A stretch of 61,018 nt of DNA, the filler included, from Nemertoderma westbladi (Eukaryota > Animalia > Xenacoelomorpha): NCBI GenBank assembly GCA_032718475.1. It is 3 parts of 3 records of this genome, joined end to end, with 100 filler letters (N's around TTAATTAATTAA, not from the genome) between each part and the next. Parts side by side here need not be neighbours in the genome. Positions count along the whole stretch, not along the records: positions 19,691 to 40,698 come from JAUCBJ010005086.1; 2 more parts are not named here. One strand, written 5' to 3'. Made by a program: the position numbers and the translations under genes. The notes under the pieces are model-generated. The model did not search any database. It worked only from the letters and a program-made list of their open reading frames with translations, and was not told the origin of the DNA. Shown piece after piece: positions 25,523 to 37,281 of the stretch (the first letter of the stretch is position 1; each line of letters begins with the position of its first letter).

Positions 25523-25632
25523 TTAAGACTGTTTTATCCAGGTTGCGCGCATATAGCCTTTAAATTTAACAAGATATTCCAGCTCGGCTCCCCTGTTTCT
25601 TGACTTTACTATGTTATCGATTGCTAATACGT
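25523..25632 (-). pseudogene. Chromodomain remnant (likely C-terminus of the Polinton integrase)
   Basis: Manual translation VLAIDNIVKSRNRGAELEYLVKFKGYMRATWIKQS*, ending just upstream of penton 1. Confidence 0.7.
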
Positions 25633-25779
25633 TGCTTTACAGTGTTGTCCGAACATTTTGTGTGTTGTCCTTAGATGTTTGACTGTTTTCCTACGACTTG
25701 ACCGCGATATATGTAGAGATGAAACTTGGTAGAATTACTTTTAGGATTTCCATTTTTTTGAATGTGGCTGACTGTTATC

Positions 25780-26311
25780 ACCGTTTTGAGGTGTTGTCAA
25801 AATTTCCACCTATACGATGTCTGTGAATGTAGTTGCATGATATTTACTAATTCTGCGTTCTTGTAGTGCGAATTCCAGATCTTCACCCTTTGTGATCGTC
25901 ATCATTGCGTAATCCAGTACAATTATAAATAGTAAAATGGCGCCAATGTGTCAGCTTGCAGTATGCCACCCAGGATTGATAAGAACTCAGTTTAATGATC
26001 TTGTTTGAGCTTCTGTGACACAATATAACAATCCAATTCCAGCCACAATTACTTCTGGTATTCCATAAGCTCTTAGGATTTCCAGCATTTACCTCCATGG
26101 ATGGAGTGGAATGCATTCTTGAAGTCAACAAATGTAAGGACTGCTGAGCTATTGTTGATGTATTTGGTCGAAATATATTTTGGTTCTTATGCAGCAATTT
26201 CTCTATGTGAGGTCTAATTCTATATAGAAGCATTTTGTTGTATATTATGGCAGCTACACTACCGGTATGGTGACTGTATGTGACCAAATTTTCTAAAGTA
26301 CACTGTGTCAA
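25780..26311 (-). pseudogene. Degenerate RTE reverse transcriptase fragment
   Basis: AAIIYNKMLLYRIRPHIEKLL…QN.FRP; LEFALQERRISKY. Confidence 0.8.
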
Positions 26312-26477
26312 TGCGAAAGAGAGTTATGAGGATGCAAAACACAAATTGCCTACCCCATAAATGCGCCTCTAACTCAGTACTTAGGCCATATAACTTCCCC
26401 ATCATTACCCATTCAATTGCAACCAAACATGATGGACTTCATGCACTACTAGGTCTACTTTAGTTCAATGGGGTGGT

Positions 26478-26900
26478 ACTACTACTAAGATCGGCATGCT
26501 GCATTGTAGCTGCATTTTTAAGAATGCTGTGCCGGCTTATCGACAAAATTGCACCGCCACAACTCCCTATCACCCATGACATTTGCTAGATCATCCGCAT
26601 CTTCAAGGCCAGTGTCCTTTAAGATGCGTCTCAAGAAAGGCATGGGCTGTCCACCATGCTTATTCACTCCATGAGGCTGCCAAAGTACAAGATTAAGCAC
26701 TGGCTGGTCCTCACGGCGAAAGCAATGTCCTGCAAAGCGGAGCCGATTTTGTTCTAGTATCAATCTTGGGGGAACCAATGAGACACCTCCAATATTATAT
26801 AGTGTCTGGTTGGAGATGTGTGCATTGTACTTGACACAATGAACCCGGCGTGGCATTCTTGTGAATGTGCCATCCAGAGATTTGGTGTCCTCAGCAGTGG
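26478..26900 (-). mobile_element. RTE LINE 3' end with (TAG)n tail
   Basis: LDGTFTRM, RLRFAGHCFR, LVLWQP, DRELWR; closely similar to 18808-19220. Confidence 0.9.
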
Positions 26901-29900
26901 CACCATTGGCACAGTTCACATGCTTCGATATTGTTCCTAATAGCAATTCGAAAACCTGGCCAGTAATAAAGCTGGCGTGCCCATTCAATAGTACGGCGCA
27001 CTCCCTGGTGTGAGGCATGTAGATGGCGAAGTATTTCTCCCCTAGCTTGTATCGGCACTACTATACTGTTTCCTAAGACAATAAGACCATCTTGGATTGA
27101 TAATTCTGGAAGTATATTTTTATATCGAGTTAAAGTGGAGGGTAATTGGTTAGGATTGGTAATAAACCATTAATAATGATGTTATGAAGTTTATCGTAAT
27201 TTTCATCATTTTTAGCAGCATCATATAGAAGTTTGTATGCTGGATCTATTTCTTTGGTCAAAACAGACGTAACAGAACGAACATATAAAGCAACATCTTC
27301 AGCGAAATCTGAGTCACCTGGTGTTGGTTTATCGACTGGATAACGTGTTAAAGTGTCAGCTATTATGGTATCTTTACCCGGAATCCATTCAGCTCTTATA
27401 TTATAACCCATTAATTTCTCTTTCAGTCGCTGCAGTCGAACATTATCGATAGCATTGAGCAATTTGTCATTTAAAATGGAGCATAATGGTTTGTGATCAG
27501 TCTTTATTATAATTCGTGGACATCTTAAAAGATATGTTCGACATTGCTTGACTGCACAAACTGCCCAGTTCGCTGCAGTCGTTGTGATAAACCTGCTTCC
27601 ACATTGAACTATACGCCAACCTGCATTATGTTTCTGCATGAGGACAAAGCCAATCCATTTCTTGATGCATCTTTAAATAGTGCTGTTTCCAGGTTCATAT
27701 CGAATGGTTTCAGAATAGGTTAAGAAATCATAGTAGCTTTGATATCTTCAAAATTAGCAGTGTGTTCATCAGTCCAACGAAAAGTATTTTTTGAGCTTAA
27801 TAATTCCTTCAGTGGTGCCGATGTTGGGGCAATTTTGTCTGAAAACATGTTTAGCTGGTGAATAAGTCCTAGAAAAAAACGTAACTCCTTTAAGGTTTTT
27901 GGAACTGGGAATTCTTTAATTGCTCATAATTTACTTGGGTCACCACGAATCCCCTCACGTCCAATACGAAGGCCCACAAATTCGACTTCCGGTTGTCCGA
28001 ATATAAACTTTTCTTTTGATAGAGTTATATGATATTCTCTGCACCGTTCTAGAATAGCCCGAACTGATTCTTTGTGTTCTTCAAATGATACAGTGTGAAC
28101 TAATAGATCGTCGACTATTTTCTCTAGATTCTCTAAACCACTGAACGCTTTGTCTCCCCAATGCAGAACAAGAACACATCCCCAGTAGAACTGAGACCCA
28201 TTGGGGCACGTACAAACATATAGCATCCACAGGGTTGATATAAATGTCGTAAGTGGTTGACTAGACTCATTAAGAGGTAATTGACGGTATCCTTTTACTG
28301 CGTCTGCTGTAGAGAAAAATTCTGCATTTGGTTTGATGTTGCTTACTATGTCAGCTGGGCATTTAAAAGGGTGTATTGGTCGTTCAACAAATTCATTGAG
28401 CTTTGTATAGTCTATACAAATCCGGATTCCCCCTCTTGGTTTTTTAATTACTACCATTGGTGCTATCCTTTCTGGAGGAGGTTTTCCTGTATTCAGTTCT
28501 ACTTTCTTAATGATACCAAGCCTTGTCATTTTTGCAAGTTGTTTTTGTTTCAGCCTCCAAATGTATTGGTATTTTTCGGGAGACTTTCAACTTATAAGGT
28601 ATGGCTCCTGGTTTGAGATGTATTTCCATTGGAGGAATGTTCATGCGCATGAATTTTGAATCATCGAAAACATCCTTAAATTCTTCTATTAATTCCTTAC
28701 GAAAAGAGTCAACATCATTTATTGCTTGTACTTGGCTTACTGTTTGCTCTGGAATAGGGAATGATTCTGGTACTATGTTTAAAGATTTAAATGTGAACCA
28801 AGGTATGATAAAAGTTAAGCCAACCTTTGTGACAACTGCAAGGACTTTTACATCAGTACCATAGTATTGAATATTGAGTGATATAATTCCACAAGCTTGA
28901 ATTAATTGCTTATTAGGGGCGTATATTTTTGGTATTATATCGGTATTTATTTCTGTTTCTAAGCCATTTTTCAAGAGGAGGTCATATGGTATAATTGTCG
29001 CATCAGCTCCTGTATCTGGCAGAGCATTGCATATGAAACTGTGATTGTTTTGTCCCTTTACCGTGATCCTGATATGGGGTGCGCTCCGAGCAATCATTTC
29101 AAGCGTCGGTGTTTTAGATACATCATGAGATATATGAATTACAGATCCAATAGGATTAATTGTATTTTCTACTTTAGATTCGTGATCAATCCATGTATTA
29201 ATAGTGTTTACAAAGAAATCCTCCCCAATGGTTGAGTATTCTTCGTTGGGTACATATACCTGATGGGCCTGGTTATATATTGCGGTTGGTTAACATTTTT
29301 CTGAATAAGTCGATTGTTTGTCGATGATGGATGTTTCGGGATGAATAAACAGACAGATTGGAAGTGACCATATTTATTGCTGGACATCTGGATCTGTTGA
29401 TTCAGTGCATCATTCCAACATTTTTACCGCACCAGCAGCAAACTGAGTTTGATCTGCTTGTTGTATTATTCCTATCCTGTATTATTAGACTTGTTTGGGT
29501 AAATTTTGTTGAACTTTGGAGGGAGGGATTGCAATACTTGCAGTGCTTGAATAGAGTCATCATCTGATAATTTTGAGAGATGTGCCATCATGGAATAATG
29601 TGCTTGTTCATAATCAATTTCAGTCGTTGAAACCTGCTGAACAGAAGTGGAAATTGGGTTTGATAACGCACTAGTTTTAGTATCTCCTCGCTCATGAGCA
29701 ATGCATACGCTCCTAACATGTTTAACTGTTTGTCAACTGAGTTTTGTAGGTTGTAATGCAAACAGCTTCCTTTGAAATTCCATATTATTAATTCCGCACA
29801 TCATGCGGGTGACCAGATGGTTGTCTGCACAAGTGCATCCTGTTTGTGGTTCAGTTAACTCTTGTAAGCTAAGAAAGCGTTCGTAAAAGTTTTCAAAAGA

Positions 29901-30739
29901 TTCGCCTGCTGTTTGGTGACATCTTTCGTAATCACAACCTCTCCTTGCTAAGCTGGATTTTTCTGTAAAATACTGTTCTATTTCAGTTAACATTTGTTCT
30001 ACTGGTTTTCGTGTGTTAATAGTTATGCCCATAGTAAATCTCAATTTTGTAATCATTTCACTTGATAGACATGCAAATAAATGACAAACCTGATCTCCTG
30101 GTTCCATGTGGCGCATATTGTTAATTCAATAATGGTCAGAAAACTTGTCGTGCCATACCTTGAAAGATTGCAAAGATATTGAAGTACATAGTTCTTGTGG
30201 TTGACTATTCCTGTCAATACGGAAATTCGAACCTGGACGAGGTCGCGTATCTGTGACGTCATGGTTTGCAGTAGAAGAGGTAATAGCATTTGTTACTCGA
30301 GTAGACTCGTGATTCAGACGGGTAACTAGTTTAATTGCTTTTCTGGATGTTAAAATTTTGGTTTGAAAATCGTCGATGCGAAGTGTATGTGTATCATCTT
30401 CAGCTGTGGGCTCAATTTCCTGGACAAGGAGATGAGCATTGAAATATCGCTCTATGGATGCACTGAATTCTTCTACCATGTTCTCCATTTCTTCGATGTC
30501 TTCAACTGTAATATTCTCTATATTTGAGTGGAGATATTCATCGTGGGCTTTGTCAAGTCTTCGCAGTGCTTTTCCACAGTAGCCATAGTGTGCAGAACGA
30601 GAGTTCTTTAATTTATTTAATGTAGAATCCATTGTGATTATAATAAAACATTCAATGAATTAAATAATGTATAAATAATATTTAATTAATTTTAATATAA
30701 TTAAGTATAATTAAGTAAATTTTTATTGTTTGTTTTATT

Positions 30740-30756
30740 TTCCAATCGCAGCACCA
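30740..30756 (-). promoter_or_regulatory. Primer-binding site
   Basis: …AACA|TGGTGCTGCGATTGGA immediately after the LTR end. Confidence 0.75.
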
Positions 30757-30931
30757 TGTTCGGTTCAACATAAATCAATAAAATAATATTATTATTTAGG
30801 AAAAAATGCTTTGAATATATTTCTCAATAGATAGCTTGACATATATGTGAAACAATCCCCCACCATTAATTCATATTACTAAAAACCTTCAGTTGAGTGC
30901 ACTATACAGAATACAAACATAGAACTAAACA
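30757..30931 (-). repeat. Short 5' LTR (~175 bp)
   Basis: Terminal inverted repeats TGTTCGGTTC / GAACTAAACA; adjacent to the PBS. Confidence 0.7.
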
Positions 30932-30939
30932 CATAGTAA

Positions 30940-32421
30940 TATGTGGCGTTGTTTATGCACACATGTAATGAAGGTCCCCATTAGATATTGAGTATACATC
31001 CTACTGTACATATCCCTGATGCGATTTAATAGAATTCTCTTGTATAGCTTTGCAGCAATCGAGATCAATGAGATTCTCCGAAAATAACCATAGTGTTAGG
31101 TTGCTCTTCTTGGGAACTGGCACCAAATTATTTGTTTTCATTTCTTGCGGGTCTCTTGTTGTTCGGTACATGGCTACTATGATAGGATAAATGAGCTTTA
31201 AACACTTAGGTATTTTAAAGACCTCAGGGGGAACACGATCTACTCCACTGGCACGATTGGTCTTAATGCTCTTTGCAGCAGCCTGTACTTCTGCAAAGAA
31301 GATATCGCCAATGGCAATATCTGGGAGTACAGACTCAGACACTTTTACTTCTATAAAGTTATCAGGCAATACCCTTCCATTATTGAGGAGCTTTTCAACG
31401 TGGGCCTTCCAACCATTGAGGCGATCGGCTGGTGATTCAGCCTTAACCTTAGTGGTTAGTTGGCTTTTCTACCCAGTAAGCAAGTTGATCGATTTCCATG
31501 CCTGGGATGATTCGTCAGCATCATTGATGGCATCAACCTGTTGGATTATTAGCTCCTGTAGATTAACAGAGTACTGCCTGTTCAGGGACCTAGATGCAGC
31601 CTTAACTGCATTCTTGGCCGCTGTAGTCTGTTTGAGTCAGGACTCTTTCTGCGCCTTTTAGAGGTCATTTCGGCACTTCTGAATTGTGTTTTCAGTCCAG
31701 GGGGCCCTTTTCCTGTTTCGAGGGTATACAGGAACTGTTTTTGCAGCTGCTAGCTTAACTGCTTCTGTGAAGGCAGTATAGCCCTCACAGTGATCTGCCG
31801 ACTCAGCAGGAGGAACCTCATACTAGTTGCTAAAGCTGTAGTGTGAAGCTGGATCTCACAATTGGCTGTTGCAACAGAGAGGACTAGTCATGCTGTGGCA
31901 AGGCAGATTTGCTAGCACACAGACTAAGTCTTACCTTGGCCACAATAAGGCGGTGATCACTGGAGAAGGGTCAAAGTGTAAATGCATTACTGTCTTGTAT
32001 AGAGCTCCTGTATTTCCTATGAAACAGAATATGGTCTATCTGGGACTTGTGACCGCTGGGTCCACTATGAGTCCATAGCTTTCCAGTTCGCTTCTTGAAC
32101 TGGGTTCCAGTCGAAAACAATCAATTTCCAGAGATAAAATCCTGAAGATGAACCGGTTAACACTATTGCTATAGACCGATGTAGGTGATTGATGCAGACT
32201 TGCATTAAAGTTTCCCAGAAATGTTAAGAATGCATGCTGATCCACTCCATCAGTAGCTGCTTGTAGATTGTGGTAGAAATTTCCACCTCCTCTACAGGGG
32301 CAACACTAGTTGGAGAGTAGCACACAATCAGAACCACCTTAGGAAACTTCTTAGCCAGTCTTCCAGAACATGAGAAGTGGCAATGGATGATGCGGTTAGA
32401 GATTTGGTCTATTTTGTCCAT
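30940..32421 (-). pseudogene. RTE LINE endonuclease-linker-RT start, degenerate
   Basis: LIVCYSPT, LGNFNA, RASGVDRVPPEVFK, LVPVPKK. Confidence 0.88.
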
Positions 32422-33619
32422 TGCTGCACGTGCAGTTGTGTGACGGGATCAGAGGATCCCGACCGGTGAATTTGTTACGCGTCGCCGTGCCGTCAGGGAA
32501 AAGATGATAGTTCGTTGTTGTTGCCTTTGATATTGATATAAACGATAATATTGTATATATATTATATATAATACTAAACATAATAGCACAGTTGTTCAAT
32601 ATGAGATAACAAATAATATGATATAAGTGAGATAATGAGATAACTGAATAGGATACCGGTAACGGTGGTGACGCGGTGACGGTACAAGAATGTCACTGGT
32701 CCCCACTGTGTGACTGAGATAACTGAAAGGGGCACAAACATTAACCGGTAATATATATTCACCTCTACTCTACTTGTGGCCTTGCTACTTAGCGGATGCA
32801 ACTATGGCCAATAACTGTCACTTTTCCTCTCCAAGAGGTTTGACCTATAACCTCTTTTGTATGGCTCTTTGGGGCCGTGTGTTGTCCCCGTTACTGGGGG
32901 TGATACGAGGTTGATTGTAATCAACCTCGTACTCCCCAATATTGCTTAAAACGCCACTTCCCAACTTTATGGGGTTGGTGAGTGGAATTGAATCCGCTCA
33001 CTCTCCCCCCCATGCTATCTTCCCGGTGAGAAGATAGCATCACCAATGAGTGCGCTTCAATTCCGCTGGAACCCGATCTATTATCGGGTGTGGGGTGGAG
33101 TCCTCTTTCTCGGAGTCGGCTTTCCAGGCCGCTCCCCCTGGGTATGATATTGATACCCTCTCCTGGTGCAACTTCACCTATGTTGCACCAAGACATCTGG
33201 CGTCTCGGTACGAGACAATTGTGGATTTATCTCACACAATTTTATCCCCTCTCCACTCTAACTGACTCTAACTCTCGGACCTATTCGTCCCTCATTCTGC
33301 CTCTTACTCCCCCCCCCCCCCCACACTTGAATTGCACTCGCATTCTCTCCACGCCTTTTATACTCAACCCTTGTCTACTTTTAACTCATTCACTCCTGAC
33401 GAGCCTTATCCTCCCCTTCTGTGCCGTCGCACTTAAGAAGCGTCAAGTCGTCTAGTGTCTCGTCCTGTCATAGGAAAAGGTTACATGACTATAGTACTTA
33501 CTTTGGTTATATTGGTTATATGCTATTCTAATGATTATTACATACGTACATATATATATATATATGTTTATTGACGTATTTTTTCCAATAAATAATTTTA
33601 CGGCACAGAATAACTAATG

Positions 33620-34310
33620 CAAATTGAAATTGAAATTATACAGACCAACCATTTACAAATAAACAATTACGGCAATAAAAAATATCGTCCAATTATTATG
33701 ACTTCAAATACAAACAATTTAATCCTAATTAATATAATCTAAACTAATATAATCTTACCTAATTTAATTAATCCATACTATCTAAAACACGCTCTATATA
33801 CTTACACATTACATACAATTCCTTACTCTGAAAAAATTCCGGTAATGATGAAAAAATAAGATTGGTGTGAAAATAGGGGGTAACACGAAATGGTTTGGAA
33901 ATGGGACAATGAAGGAGAACGTGTGTCTCTGTCTGCACCGATTGGTTATCACAGCGGCACACACGGTTCTCTCTCGGCAGCCTTGACCACCTTCCAGTCT
34001 CAATTTTCAAATTATGGGACATAACTCTCAATCGAGTAAAATAAATACGTAAGTAATCCGGCACAAAAGGTCTCAGACATGTATATATTGGATGCGGAAC
34101 TAAAGCAATGTTAAACTGACTACGGTAGGTTACAAACTTTGTAGCTGACAAAGGTTTAGACATAATTCTACTTCGTATCTCATCCAGTGGATTGATGTTA
34201 TCTGCAAAATGTTGTGCCTCAGTTAGCATTCGGAAACCTGGTGTATTCGCGCTTCGGCATAGACTAATTGCACTTTTAATTAAATTTGCACTTAGGAGTT
34301 CGTATTACTT
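33620..34310 (-). mobile_element. LINE 3' fragment (ORF2 C-terminal CCHC-type zinc finger, short TTTCAA tail)
   Basis: FTRLRVMSHNLKIETGRW…RENRVCRC…QTETHVLLHC. Confidence 0.88.
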
Positions 34311-34340
34311 CACATGTGGTACCTTCCAGGCATCTCCACA

Positions 34341-34351
34341 TCTCCCCCTCT
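34341..34351 (-). promoter_or_regulatory. Polypurine tract preceding the truncated 3' LTR
   Basis: AGAGGGGGAGA|TGTGGAG on the minus strand, a few nt after the stop of the extra ORF. Confidence 0.75.
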
Positions 34352-34356
34352 AAGTT

Positions 34357-36477
34357 CTAGTTCGCTCCTCCCGACTTTGGGAACCATCTCAATTCCTTCC
34401 CTCTGTCGTCCTCCTCCCTCAGTCGCTTCCTGGTCGTTGCCACTCCCTTGTTCTTATCCCCTTTAAGGTTCCTGATCCTTGCCGTCACTTCTCTGCTGAT
34501 TCCCGTCGTGGACTCCTTGGGCGCTGGTGTTATTAGCTCCTGGTATCGCTTCTCGGACGGCCCCTCCGAATGGCCCTGTTGTTTCCCCCTAGTGGCGTCC
34601 CATAGGATCACCTTCATGGCCCGCGGCGCATGCTCCGCCAAGAAATCTCTAAACTCTCCCCGGTTCTCTGGCGTCCACCTGTCTAAATACCTCTGTGTAT
34701 TTATCACTCCGGCATACGACGCCGCTGTTGACACTTCCTGATAACTAAACGGAAGTCTCTGTTTAATGATTTCCAGGTGGGCCTCCTGGTTGATATTAAA
34801 GAAGCCCCACCGGAATTCCTGGGCCTTCATCTGCTGCCGCGTCATGGTGCCAACATCGGCCCACTCCTCGAAGATCTTAAATTTCTCCTCGTCGTCCATC
34901 CAGTCACACTGGCGTCCGTAGTGCCCCCGGAAGTTGCACTTAGAACACCGGTTGTGCAACCATAGACACGCCCCCATCCTATGACTCGACTCGCGTCAGT
35001 AGAGGCAACTACTGTCTCCTTCTGGAATCAGTACAAGCAGCTCCTTTCCTGGTGAGTTTGCCTCCCGCAGTAATCGCAGCCGAGTACCAATGCCTCACGC
35101 CCCACATTGTCTTTCGTCCCAAGCGATCTCCTCGGTCTATGGAGTCGCTGGTAAGCGAACTTCTGGACGTTAGCGTCCCTGTCCATATCTATCTCCTCGC
35201 CTCGCCTGGGCATCGTCTCTCCGAATACTACCCGTGCCGTGGTGCCATTCCCGGTTGCTCACCCAACCTGATGGTGCTCCCCACGAAATCCATTGCCGGC
35301 TCCTCATGCACTCAGGCCTGCTTGCCGGGTCTATCCCAGAAGGCCCTCGCCCCGCTGGCCATCACCACTCTCAACCCAGTCTGTGTCCGAGTGGCCGATT
35401 CTCCCGATGGGCGGCATCTCTCCGAACTCGTCGTCGTCCTCCTCCGGGAGTGGCTCCAAACCCGGTATCCCGGTGGATCCACTGTGTCCTTTCCCAACTT
35501 GTCTCTCGCCCGTGACTCTCCATCCTTCCAGCTTCCCTGGCCTTCTCTCCGCGAAATCGCCCTCAGCGCCCGCTGGTATGGGTGTCATCTGCAATCCCGA
35601 TGTCGACTGTTTCAGTGATCCTACCGTCCACCCCAATTCTCGCCCTAGAGACTCGCCCGAACTCCCTGATGTACAGTGTAGATTGTCTAAGGCCGCCTGT
35701 TCCTCAAACCCATAGCCCTCTCCTCTAGCTTCCGCCTCCCTTTCTTCTGCCTCCCTCCTTTCTTGTCTAGCGATTTCTACCAATCGCTTCACAATGGCCC
35801 ACGTTCTCTACTAGTCCCAACCCGTCTGGTGCCATCATAGCCATGTAGACCATTTGTGTGTCCAGGAGGTTGGGGGTCTCCGGACCGATGATCCTCTCCG
35901 CATCGTTGCAGATCGCTGATCCCACCTTTATCGTCGACTTCTCTCTTACTAGGCTCTGCACCGCCTTTGGCAACCGGTTTAACGTCGGCCCGTTCTTCTT
36001 TCCATACGTTCCCAGATCGAACAGGAATATATCCCCATTTGGTGCGGCCAAATGTAGGAGTATGGTTCTGGCCAATCCTGTCGACCCTCTTCTCGAACCT
36101 TCCTCGTCTTCCACGGTCCCCTCATCGTCTAGGACCAAGTATCCTCCCCTGCTGACGGACTCTACAAACCTCTTCCAGTCCTTTCTCGGTGGTTCCTTTG
36201 GATACTTCGGTATCCCGAACTTTGCCTCGTCTCCTTTTACCACGTAGTGGAAATGCTCAAAGATCGCGTTGTCTAGCGACGGTGTCCCGTAGGTCCAGAC
36301 CAGCCACTGCTCATGCACCTCCCTGAAATGGTCCTGCAGCGCTCGCGCCTTGTGACCCTTCTCCAACCGCTCGTAGTATCCCCTCGTCTTCTCTTCCAGA
36401 TGCGTTTCGGTAAAATCCACCAGTATCTCCTTTCCTCCCAACTCCGCCTTTCTCTTTCTAACAAGTTTCTCCGCCAT
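34357..36477 (-). pseudogene. Extra ORF of the BEL element: DEDDy (WRN/RNase D-like) 3'-5' exonuclease plus CCHC zinc knuckles; frameshifted
   Basis: LVLDDEG (ExoI); LLHLA…IFLFDL…LPKAVQSLV…IKVGSAICNDAERI (ExoII); CDYCGRQTHQERSC and CSKCNFRGHYGRQC. Confidence 0.78.
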
Positions 36478-36949
36478 TTCGAACTCTCCCGATCGCTAAC
36501 CTATAAGGTGGTGCCTTACCAAGGCGCAATATAAGTGAGTGATGTAATTAGGATGGTCTGTACGGTCCGATAATGGCCTATCTCTCTCTGAATGCTAGGT
36601 TATTGCCTAATTTTCCTACTTTTATTTCCTAAAGTGCCAAATTTCCTAAATTCCCTAATTTTGTCAGTTACTTTAATTATGTTCTAGAATATCCTGCCTA
36701 CTGTTACCATAATTTGTCTAATTTTGATTTTAATATTTATTTTAATCCTACAACTGTGCTATAGGTATCTACTAATGGATTATTTCTTATTTTAATCCAT
36801 ATTCTGGCCTACTCTATGGGCTTGTGCAGTACAGTAGTATGTCTCGTGTGGCCTACACGATCTGTCCTGCTGTACCCACATGCCCCCCTCTCGCTACTCA
36901 CTACTAACTCTACTAACTTTCTAACTAATTTCTACTAACTCTTACTAAC

Positions 36950-37281
36950 TCTTACTATTAACGGTACTACGTACCCTCTTACTAACTAACTCCACTAACT
37001 CTTACTAACGGTACTATGTACCCTCTTACTAACTAACTCCACTAACTCTTACTAACGGTACTACGTACCCTCTTACTACCTAACTCCACTAACTCTTACT
37101 AATGGTACTACGTACCCTCTTACTAACTAACTCCACTAACTCTTACTAACGGTAATACATACCCTCTTACTAACTAACTCCACTAACTCTTACTAATGGT
37201 ACTACGTACCCTCTTACTAACTAACTCCACTAACTCTTACTAACGGTACTACGTACCCTCTTACTAACTAACTCCACTAAC
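36950..37281. repeat. 47-bp tandem repeat (~7 copies) in the BEL pol/extra-ORF spacer
   Basis: Unit AACGGTACTACGTACCCTCTTACTAACTAACTCCACTAACTCTTACT; period 47. Confidence 0.95.

Larger units (their letters stand above)
21790..25632 (-). mobile_element. Polinton/Maverick (adintovirus-like) virion-morphogenesis module, degenerate
   Basis: Co-oriented, tightly packed genes: chromodomain tail, penton, penton, basic protein, major capsid, adenain protease. Confidence 0.9.
27100..30931 (-). mobile_element. Ty3/Gypsy LTR retrotransposon (Mag-like), 3'-truncated: 5' LTR, PBS, gag, PR, RT, RNase H
   Basis: gag 30632-29235 with degenerate knuckle; protease LPDTGAD; RT RICIDYTKLN, IVDDLLV; RNase H TDHKPL. 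Confidence 0.93.

Noticed and set aside
33390-33470. CTGACGAG, possible hammerhead core
   Set aside because: No downstream GAAA or stem II partner
35052-35715. Plus-strand ORFs over the BEL extra ORF (and other antisense ORFs over TE coding regions)
   Set aside because: Shadow ORFs of GC-richer minus-strand coding sequence; no motifs
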